Source: Ptychomitrium polyphyllum (taxonomy: Eukaryota). From it: a DNA stretch of 64,000 nucleotides. The translations under genes and the position numbers were made by a program. Shown here in pieces: positions 1 to 11,853 of this stretch; the first letter of the stretch is position 1, and every line of letters starts with the position of its first letter. Below the pieces are notes generated by a model. That model did not search any database. It had not been told where the DNA came from and saw only the letters and a list, made by a program, of their open reading frames with translations. The stretch covers positions 14,694,001-14,758,000 of the forward strand of contig OZ316775.1 of assembly GCA_973851085.1 (NCBI GenBank). Reading direction: 5' to 3'.

Positions 1-2920
1 AAAAGGAATAACATGCATTACATCCAAAATCTATGATTTTTTATCATTTCATAGTTCTTGGACATGGATTCAACCATTATTAACTAATAAATATGGATTT
101 TGAAAGTACAAGGTTAAATAAAAAATCAAATAAAAATGGTCAAAATATATTATTGTATTATAGAAAACTAATATATAAAAACAATAATAAAAAGGGCAAC
201 ATATTTTATTTATAATTTTGTTTTATTATAAATGATTATGTGAAAGACTTGAAACATTAATTTGGAAAATCAATTTCACATATTGGAAAATGATATGAAG
301 AATTCATTGTTATAGGACAAAAGTTTAGTGATGCAAAATACACATGAGTTCACCACCATTGAAGATTCAAGAGAATCAACTTATTTACAAAAGAACCTCA
401 TCTTCAAGTTCTTATATTGCAAGACATAGTCCAATGACATGGAACTTCTAGTTCAAAGACATTAACAACTAATCTAATCAACAAGACCTCTTTTGACAAG
501 TGGATATTTATCTTGTTAGGCTACATAAGAACTTGATACTTATAATGAGCACAATGGCTATTCAATCATGTATTTGTTATTCAATATATATGATTTTGAT
601 TTTTCAACTTCCACACAAATTAATACATGATGTTTAATAGGAATCATACTTGAAGCTAATGTTTTTGTAAGAAATCGTCCTAAAATTAGGCTACAATATT
701 TAAAAACCTTAAAAAGAATATATCATCACATTGCAAAACTAATGCATTATGTACATCATTTAGTGCACAATGTTTTGGCCCAATAATACAATCTACCATA
801 GAATGAAAATATAGTTCAATTACAATAAATAGTCAAATGCAAAATGTAAAGCTTCAACCATTGCATAGGTCCATCTTTTAGAGATTCCAATTTGATTTTT
901 TTGGAGGCACAAAATAGGTTTCATTACAAAAAGAATTAATTTGAGTACAATCGAGAAGCAAAGGCCTCGGTTGAGAAAGCTAGGTTGAACAATGGTGTCA
1001 CCAAGCCTACACTGCCAAAGATTTCACATAGAAATGTAATTTAATGAAAATCTGATTTTGACATATCATTTAATTAATTTTTTGACGTGGAGATACTATC
1101 TGAATAATTAAAAATATTTTAAAGAAATCATTCTTGTTTTTCCAAAACAGAAAGAGAGCTTTCATTGCAAGAGAGGACCAGTACAAAGGTGCCTAGAAAA
1201 AGGGACCAGAGAACCTCAACCAGGCTGACCAAGGGAGGAGATGTTTGTGCCTTAGAAGAGCATGCCTAAGAATAGACCCTGCAACCAGAAGTTTTTACTG
1301 TTCGCTGCTAATTTACCTGGTAAGTAAACAATATTACTCTTTGCTTGACATTGTAAATATACTAGTAAAATCTTCTTGCCAATAGTCTTCAATAGAATAA
1401 TTTACTGGGATTGTAAGTGAACATAGGATCCAAATCTACACAATTTTTTTGTAATGCACATACAATCATCCAAAATGAAAGTTGCAATACAACTCAAGTT
1501 CAAGTTCAACATTGTTTGAATGTGCGACAAAATATTTTGCAAAATGAATAAAGTTCACTTGCTTGGTAGTTTGTACTTGGACTATTTCCATCTAAGATTT
1601 TTCACTTAGCATTCTCTTCCCTCTTTAGCAAGTGAATTTATAAATTTTAATAGATTAGTGAAAGATTCATCTTTCTTTGCACTCAAAATACCTCTATTCT
1701 TGTACTCTATATTCTAAAGGCATAGGATTAGGACATAATAACAAAAGACACTTTGTTTTTAATGATCCATTTAGAACAATCTTTTACTTCTTTTTGTTAA
1801 ATTAATGTTTTATTGATTAATTTAGTTATCTTTGTACTTTTGTATATTATGAAAACTTGTGCAATCCACCAAATCTCCTAGTCACTTTGTTCTTGTATGT
1901 TCATGCTTACTCAAGTATTCTACAATAGAATTATTAAAAAAATCCTCTTCAATAAATTTTGCAAATACACCTTGATACACATTTTGTCCACAAAAAGGAG
2001 TAAAAACACATTTCAAGATTATGTTTTGAAGAAACATTGAAGTGCTTGTGTAATATTGAGATGTAATTGGATAATCTTAAATTTTAGATATTCCTAGAGC
2101 AACCCAAGGTCTTTTAAACCACTTTTTTTTATTTATCTTAGGTGTTTAAAGCTTTTATAAACATAGCATGTTTTAATGCTTGTATCATAAGGAACTATTG
2201 TTTGCAGGAAAAATAAATTTAAGAAACACAAAGTTAAGAAAATATACTTTAAGAATATTTCTATTAGCTGTTTTTTTGTCAACTTTTTATTTTAGAGGTT
2301 TGTAAGCCAATTATTTAATAATTATCTTTGTAATATAATTTTTAATAATAGTGTTTAGATTCAATGGTTTTGTTGTCAAGTTAAAGCATCTTTTATAATT
2401 TTCTTTTTCATTCTTATTTCTTTAATGTAAAGTGCTTTAGTAAGCACTTATTACTTGTGATTACACCTTGCCCTTACTCTAGCTTGGTACCTAGTTTTCT
2501 TTGTAGTTTGTACTAATTGAAAAATGACTACTTCTACAAGTAAAAATTATATCATGATAGTCCTAAGTAACCCTCCAACCTCTTTCTACTAATGTAACTA
2601 CATTATTTATAAGCAAGTTTTTATTGTGCACGTATAATAATAAATAAGGAATGAATGTCTTCATATGCAAGCATAATAAATAATCGATGTAAATTGAAGA
2701 AGAAACACATCCAAAATCTACAAAACATATAGATAGAAAATTAAAGACATTAATTTTTTTTTGTTGCTATCTTTAAAATCATTTAATATCGCAATATTGT
2801 GCTATATTAAATTTTTGCTTTAAAATTTGACTTATATAAATGCTTTACCTTTTTGGTTTCTTTCTTCTAGACTGTAATCTTATTTTTATTTGATTTACTT
2901 CATGAACTATTTACCACTAG

Positions 2921-2980
2921 AAACTTCAAACTCTAAACTTATACCCTAAACCTAAACCCTATACCCTAAATTCTAAACTC
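2921..2980 (+). repeat. Short degenerate telomere-like (CCCTAAA-type) interstitial repeat
   Basis: aaacttcaaactctaaacttataccctaaacctaaaccctataccctaaattctaaac consists of about 8 imperfect 6-7 nt units resembling plant CCCTAAA. Confidence 0.6.
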
Positions 2981-5900
2981 CTTCTGATTTTGAAGCACCA
3001 ACTTAAAATGTGAGCTACAGATGCATGTACCTTATTTGTTATTGGTGGTTCAAGTTGTTTTGGTTCTTAGTACTACTTCTAGTACTAGGGTCATTAGTTC
3101 TCTTAGGCCCACTTCGTATTATATTGGCCAGGCTAGAAATAAACACTGGAAGAGTAAAACTGCATTTATTCTTAGTTGGAAGAAGTTGCAGGGTAAGACC
3201 AGAGTGTTTTGTGAGAGCACAAAGAAAGCTTCTGAACATACTTCCTCAATAGAAACTTGTTGCCAAATGAGAACATCTAAGATTACTTTTCATCCATAAA
3301 GGGATGACATGGAGAAATGCCTTTATCACTAGTACAATGGCTCAAGAGACAATAATGACTCTACGAATCAATAGGAAAATGCCACATGTCAAGCTCAGGT
3401 GCTGCTTCCTAAGTCTGAAGCTGACCTGAGGGACTGATGTTGTCCTTCCTCATGGTTACTTCCTCATGGGTACTTCCTGGTGTAATTTTCTTTTGTCCAC
3501 ATGTAAGCCATTTCTGGGATTCATTGGGGGAGGAAGTTAGTCTCTATGAGGAAATAAATTGCCACACTCCATGTGCATCATCTATGGCAGGTACAGAGCA
3601 GGTGAGGACAAGCTATAACACAAACAACCCAAGTTTTTAATGATCATGAAGGCAATGTGGAGCTGAACTGAGAAACCAAGTGCAGCCAATGAAATAGCAG
3701 TCCTGCACCTTCCCTGCATGAGGGACAGGTTTTGGTTACAAGGCTTGCATCCACAAATTCATTGCTCCGTAAAGGAGTTCACCTTTTTGTGGACAATCTG
3801 AGACCTGGTGCCCAGGTGGTCTGCATGATGAATTATGGTGTGAGTTCTGGTCAAATGCCGGTCAGCCTGTCCTTCACAAAAAGCAGAAGATTGACTCCAG
3901 TTTTATTAACTCTTTCAGAAGGGAAGGTCATTTTTTAGTGTCAAAACAGACTAAAATTTCTCTTATGTTGTAAAACAAAACAATGAATGGTACGATTCCT
4001 TAATAGCACCAATATACATTTTCAAACACTACCTATGTGTTGTTTTTATTTAAAATCAAGAACTTGAAATTTGTATTTATTATTTTTAGAAAGACATGTT
4101 CAAAAGTTGTTCCAAAGAATGTATGTTAGAATTAATAATATATTGACATTTGTCAATGGTTGAACTTGAATGAATAACTTGTTTAAAATGACAGTGTATT
4201 ATTTCTATCACATTATTCAAGATATAAATTGTAGATGTACAATGGGGCCTTTCTAAAGATATTTTTCAATAGAAATATACTTATCTTTATTTAGCCACTC
4301 TTTATATAACGACATAAAGGAACAATTAAAATAGTAAAAGTTTTCTGAGTCTTTCCTTAATTTTTGCAATAAATTCACTTTTATTTGATTTTATTTTTAT
4401 GAAACAAACTAGAAAAGTTGTTCATATGCAAACAATCAAAATGTAAAAATATCCAAGTTTAGATTAGAAAAAGAAAAAGAGTTTTAGCATTGCGTCATAT
4501 ACCAGGCTTGAAAGAATTAGATTTCTAGGTTGATTTTAAATTTTTGTTACTGTGTATGGTTTTGCAATAGTATTTTTATATATTTTTTAATTTCTTAGTT
4601 TTTTTTTGTTTTTGTGTTTGAATGTTGAGTCCTCCTGCACTAAGAAGTTGCAATGCACTCAAAAACCAAGGCGGCCTCAACCTGCCACTTTGCAGCAAAG
4701 AATTGTATTGCTTTTTATATAAATTGTAAATTGTATCATTTGAGCCTATCCATATTTGCACATAACCTTCTCTTTTGCATACACACTATGTTATATCTTG
4801 TATTTTTGCATTATTTTAGGAACCAAATGCATTGACACACCTATGCAGTACATCTTGTTATTTTGAACCAAGTATATCCGTATAAATATAAAATTCTAAT
4901 TAAATTAGCAATTGAAAGTTTTACAAAATGATATATAAAGTTTGAATGATTAGAAACACAAGAAAGGTTAAATGTGCACCATTAGAACATAAAAATAAGT
5001 GGATGATATATGATAAGGACAACTTGTACAAAAGCACTGAACATTGTGTAAAATAAAAATGTAATAGAATTCACTTCAAAAAACCAAACTAAACTTGAAA
5101 TAAATTACTTCTAAAATTTTTCTTATAAAGAAAGAACTTGTGACGAAGGAGATTCAATGGTTAAATTTGAGATAATTAAAATAATATTTCATCAAGATTA
5201 TTAGTATGAAAATATGTAGATTTTCTACTAAGTAAAATTTGCATTAACTTTAATTCAATAACATCATAAAACTGAGTCTATAAATTTAAGCAATATAAAA
5301 ATTTCAAATAATCATCACATCAAATTATGCCATTTCAAATCCATTTCAATATATTATATTAAAAAATTCTCAATATATTTTAAAAAATCAACTTCAGGTT
5401 TTCTCTTAATTAAAAACTAAAAATTAATTAATTAAGTGATAATAATAGAACCTTTCCAAATATTCCTTGAAATAATATTTAAAATGGATTTTCTCAAATT
5501 CTCAAATCTAAAGGTAATGTACAACCTTTAAGGATCAAGAATGTACTTTCTTTAGAATATTAGAAATTCTTTTCATCCATTAAAGTTAATCTTATGGCAT
5601 CATAACCACATATTAATTGCAATACATTATAAAACAATATAGACCTTGTATCTTTTTTGAACAAAACATATTTTTAGAACCTTTTTCCAATAATAGATTC
5701 CAAACTTCTCTTCCTATATCATTAAGATTGATGAGATAATGCTTGGTTTTGAAAGAACATTTAAGTAGAAACAAGACTATTGCCAAGGATTTAACAATAT
5801 TCCTTCATGAAAAATAAGGATTCTTTTATTTTTCTAATATAAGCAAGTTGGTGGTTGGTTGAACAAATTGACTCTGTGATTGTTCAATAAGATTGTGTTG

Positions 5901-8900
5901 ATTGGGTAATAAAATGCTTAATCTGTACAATTATGAAATCAAGCGCACTAAATCATAGCAGCAAGTTTTACTACCACATATTCAACTCATAATGTTAAAA
6001 AGTCTAATTAGTGCAGTGATTTCTTCATATATTTTGGGTAAACCCAATGTTTGGTTACATCCCTAAAATCTAAAAAATGGAAGTGCCTTCCTTTCAAGTT
6101 TCTATTGGCACAGATTTTATTGATAGGGCATGAATGGTTGAGTTACATACCTACACAAGAAATGATGATGGAAGGATTTCTGGGGATGGCGACATTGCAC
6201 GCTGACCAAAGACAGGCTTCAATTTCAAAAATAATACAGTAGTGTAGATTTCACAATGATTTTTTTGACAGAAAGTAGGTTGCAACTTTATTTTCATTTT
6301 AAAATTCTGAGTACATCACATGTGCAAAGTGGGATACATATAGGGCATAGGCCTCTGTCACCTACTGATTCCAGCCTTATTCCCTTTCTTTGACAACAAG
6401 GAAGCCATACATAGCAGATGGCCCCTTGACCAGCAAAATTCCTCCCCACATTCCATGCTAAAATGAGGAAATGACTATTGGGCCTTAAGGAATCAAGAAC
6501 TTGCAATTACAACTTCCAAGAGGAAACAGAGGAGCTGCAATGAATGAAAAGGAAATCAAATTGAGAACTGTAGACTTCATGAATGGTAGCAGGTATGGGA
6601 AATGAATCAAATGAGTTACAGACTACATTTCTGACCCTCCACATGCTTAGTGCATATCCAGCGTTCATGAAAATGTCTTCATTTAAGTAAGGAAGCTGTT
6701 TAAACATTAAACTCCTCAAACCTGTACATACTGCATCTAGCAAACCAATATTGCCATTTAGATGCTGGAAATTGTCAGATTTGTGACTTCATACATGAAA
6801 AGTAACAATCACATCTTGTTCAGCCTCTTCTCTACATTCTAGTTCTAATCTATGACTTTTTCTTTTCATCTCCATAGTTAGAAGATAGCTTAATTGGAAA
6901 CTGATAATATTTTATTATAGCACAAGAAGTAATAAATAATTCTCAATGTGCATTTTTATAGTATTTTCCTTCCAGATATGAAATTTAGTTTTTACAAATT
7001 TTGCATCCAGATATTGCAACTTAAGAGTATTAATACCTGTGGCAAAAATCAGCAAATATATATAGAACATTCCGTTGAAATGAAAATTTGGAGCAATATC
7101 CAGCACTCAAATGGATAAAAAATGTTCTCAAGCTAGACTACCTTCAAACAATATGAGTATCTAAGTTAAAGTTCAGATCCTTTTCAGGTGGATTCAAAGG
7201 GCTACAACCCCTTCTAACAATCTCCAGAAGTGAGTTATGTAAGGAGTACTGTGATACCAATGGTGTGAATGCTCGGGGTGATGGTAATCCTCTCAAAACG
7301 ATGTGGGCATCATTTCTTCCATAGAATCCAAAGCCCAGTTATTCTTGTGCAATATGGCCGTGACCAACAAAAAGGTTTCACTCTATAAACTTTGTCGATG
7401 GAAAAGAAATGCTTTATTTCATGGCTATTCAAGACCCTGGAGATAATTTAACCTTGGGGTCCATTTCACTGGGGTCATTTTTTTATATGTACAGGGTATG
7501 GCAACAACATACTAAATTCCAATATGAGTTCAGGTCAAGAGGGGCATGATCTGATTACTCATTGACAGGGTAAATATCTTCTATTTTGTTTTGGAGGTTG
7601 GGGCAATCAAATGCTCCTTTTTGGTAAGATGACAAGGATATGGCTTTTCACTCTACTCATTCGCTGCCAAGTTGCCAACTGTTATTTGTTGCTAAAAGCT
7701 GAAACGAAGTATCCTACTATGCTACAGTGTGTCTACAGGATTCATGCATAATGCAGCTGTTATGTCCCACTCAACCAAGAGTGGGGCATGTGCCAACCTC
7801 TTGGATGCCTCTGAGTCATTTGAGAGGTGAATATCTCCAAATGAAATGCAATTCACAACATACGGTGTGTAAATACTGTGTTTAATTAGTGTTTCATAAA
7901 ATTCTATTTAATAATTGTTCTACAATGTAAACAACACTTATTTACTATAATGGTTGACTTTGAAAATCATTTACTTTCAAAACAGAATCAGGTTTTGAAC
8001 AAAGTTGTTTAGAATTGGACAATATGTTGCATAGTAAAAAAATCATATATAGAATTTAAACAACCACAATATTTGTCCTATGTTGGATATTTTACAAAAC
8101 ATTTACATTCACTTTATTAAACACTTATAAAAGTTCATGTTAATATATTTCCAAAAACTAAAAAATGATATGAAGCATAATATATCAAAACAAATGAATT
8201 TTAAAAATTCTTTATGAACTTGAAGGTATAAGATTACAATGACCATGTTATATGATTTTTAATGTTAAATCTTTATTTAAAACTAAAAAAAATTAATGTT
8301 AAAAATTTAATATGGACAAAAAAATTTATAATAAAATAATGTGAATTTTAACCTTGAAATAAGTATTAAAAGGTCCATGAAGATCCAAGGCAGGAAATGT
8401 ACTATGGTACTCACAACATAGTTCTTTATTTATTATCTTATTTTTTAATGGTACCAACTTATAAATTTTACAACATCTAATGGCCAAAACTTCAAAGAGC
8501 TTCTCATCTTTTATATGGCACCAATTCCAATACAAAAAAACATTCATATGAATTCCACAGGAAGCCTAATTCATATAGCAAGCACTTCAATGTAACGAAG
8601 TTCAATTTTGGAGTATTGTTTGTTTTGTAAATTTTGGACCTTTCTTTTCATAAAAATGTTATAATTGTACACACTAATTCTTTTAATTTTTTTTTTGACT
8701 CTACTATACTATAATCCTACGCCCTTAAAGCTCATTTTCTTTTATTCCCAAGCAATGCTTTTTAAATCTCTAGTACTTACAACATTTGGTAGTAGTATGG
8801 CCATATACCACTCCTACAACATAATAACTCAATCACATATTTTAAACATACGCTTAACAACATTTAGAAAGAAAAAGAACCGCAACAATTGAAGAAAGAA

Positions 8901-9816
8901 TGTTGTAAATAAAGCTATCTTTTCCATTACATCCTAGCTCTATGCCTACATGGCATGAAATAGAAATGCGGGCGTACTTTCCCTTTTAATAGGACGTAGA
9001 CCCTCGAACAAAAGAATTCACCTGAGGGAGTGACATAATATTCGAAGGTTGTTCATCCTGAGAGAAGTATGAAGTTATGCCACCTGCTGTCTCCTCCTTG
9101 TGATGTCATCGTTCGTGATTACCACAAAACTCGGGGATTAATCCACCTTTGGGCGAAGAAATAATCTCACAGGTTGAAACTGGCTTTGACCGGCTACGAT
9201 CCACTTTCTGGATACTGGAAGAGCGCAACAATCTTTTTGCAAGAGGACAGTACCTACAATAAGCTACTTTCCAAATCAAGCCTGTCCTGATTCCTGACTT
9301 CCCATTATGGGAAGCAGAACAACAGATGCCAGACCACCTTTCCACACTTATTATTAAATAATCTATGTCATACAGTACGTGGTACTGTAGTCTCTTACAG
9401 TCCTGAAAAGTCACGGGATACACTCTCTGTGCATACAAGATCAGAGGAACAGTTCCGCCCAGCGCTCCAGAGCAACAGCCTACTGCAACCTATAACCAGG
9501 ATTATCGTTTAATGGCTGGGCTGTAATGGAATCAACCAATTCACAGCCTAGGTTTGATTGGGCCTGTCCAGAGGCCGAATTCCATCACTGCAGCGTAGCC
9601 CTGCTTAAAATTTCAGGCGGTACACCGGGCAGCTGTACAGCGCCCTGGAAATTTTCTCACCGTAAGGGCTCATTGCCAAGACCAAATCCAACCCAAGCTT
9701 TCAATCAACTGCAACTACCCACTGCTTTGGGAATATGCATGTGGTGTAAACTTATCCAAGACAGATTCAAATGTCTTTGGGCTTGTTTATGGTCATTTGA
9801 GAAAACCATGACATGA

Positions 9817-9900
9817 TATGTTATGTTATGTTATGTTATGTTATGTTATGTTATGTTATGTTATGTTATGTTATGTTATGTTATGTTATGTTATGTTATG
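9817..9900 (+). repeat. (TTATG)n pentanucleotide microsatellite
   Basis: About 16-17 perfect consecutive TTATG units. Confidence 0.97.
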
Positions 9901-11662
9901 AAGTGCCTCGATGGTGTAACTAACTGAAAAATAACTTTCCTTTCTGTATAATCTGTTTGCCTAATTTTCATCATAATAAGGTAGAAGCTTAAATTTCTTT
10001 AATCAATCTAATATCTACAGGGAGGAAAATGTTGTTTTGCATACAATGTTAGATTTAAATTTGTAATTGCTTTGATCTTAGAATTTTAATTTAGCACAAA
10101 CTATCCAATTTCAAGGCACTTATTTTTGGTATCATATGTATCTCTATTGTTAATTCTTACATCATATGTATCTCTATTACATAAAATGGCTTTGAATTTT
10201 TATTTTTTTCATGGCATCAATGTTTAATACCAATTATTGTTAATTTACATTACTTTTATTAAAGATATAAATTTGTTTATAATCTTTTGTATTAAAATTA
10301 TTGTGTTAAATGCATGATGTTGTATTGGAATTAAAATATATGTGCTTAAATTTAGACAAAATCATAATAGAAAGATGATTAATGAAAATTGTTTATGTTA
10401 TTCATGACATTCTTTAACAATAATTGCAAACAAGGTTGTGTTCAAAAAGTACGCAAACACACACATTTATCAATATGTATATCAATATGTAAATGTGTAG
10501 ATATATATTTACAACAATGGATCATATTATCTTGATAATTTCAACATATTATTTAATTCATATTTTGGAATGATAGTAGCATACGTAGCCTTTTTATTTA
10601 AATTAGACATTTCAATATATCAAAACGTCAAATTGAAGGTTATATAAGATTTTGTCAATTTTAATTTTACATCATAATAATAATCACTAGCATACTAACT
10701 AATTTCAATGGCATATTCAAATTGTTTTTTTAAAGAAGATTTTTTACCAAGATTAAAGAAGATAATGTTGAGTCATGTTTTCTTTGATAATTTCAAAATC
10801 TTGTTTTATTTAATTGGGATTCTTCAACAAAACCATGTTTGTAAAATTTATATCAAATATTGATTTTTTCATAGATTTGATTAAATATTAAATTATATTT
10901 TTACAAATTGGAAATTCAAAAGATGATGGTATTAAGTTTTAGAAACACTACCCTTTTCTTACATATGATGTTAACACATTAATCTACCAATAACATGACA
11001 TTTGTAAATATTATGTGTATTTTAAATGCCAATTTATATGTACTATTTATTTTGAATGTTTTATTTTTATTAAACAAAGAAGTTTAAATTGCACCAATTT
11101 TAACAATTTTAAAATGGAATAATTTTAGCTTAAAGATATTAAAAACAATGCCAAATTTTTAGCCAATAATATGAATGCTTGCAAATAAGAAATTGACTAT
11201 TTAGCTTTGACAAGACCTATTCACCTTTCTTTTTTTAATGTAGACTTTTCAAGATTATTATACTTTATAAAAACTAGTAGTGCCAATCATTATTGACTTA
11301 AATTTCTTATAAAAATTCATCTTGTCATTTATAACATAACTTAATGAATCTATTTTTTCATACTGGATTTCTTTAAAAAGTTGACTTTTTATTAGTATCA
11401 GCATCAACTTTTGCCATCTTGAATTCTTATGAGGATCTATATGGTTGATTGTGAAATGACTTGAAAGCAGACCTTTTAATACTATTAAACTTCTAGAAAG
11501 GTAGTAGTACCAATTTCTAGAAAAGTATTAGTACCAACTTCTGTCAACTTTCACTTCTTTCATTAATTTGATACTGACAACAACTATGACAAACATTCTT
11601 TTTGATGGTACTTTGCTGAATATGTTCTTTCATGGTAAACCTTTTAACAAAACTAGAAATTA

Positions 11663-11853
11663 TAGTACTATATTCCATCACTTCAAACTTCTTTCATGTA
11701 CTAGTATTGTATTCCATCATTTCAAACTTCTATGTACTAGTATTATTTTCCATCACTTCAAACTTCTTTTATGTACCAGTATTGTATCCATCACTTCAAA
11801 CTACTTTTATGTACTAGTATTATATTCCATCAGTACAAATTTCTCTCATGTAC
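11663..11853 (+). repeat. Minisatellite, ~36-39 bp unit x5
   Basis: The unit tagtattgtattccatcacttcaaacttcttttatgtac repeats 5 times with small indels. It accounts for the repetitive ORFs 11568-11870 and 11632-11817. Confidence 0.9.

Noticed and set aside
3270..3330. ITFHP*RDD resembling the gypsy integrase motif YHPQTDG
   Set aside because: The flanking sequence does not extend the similarity, so it is too weak to call.
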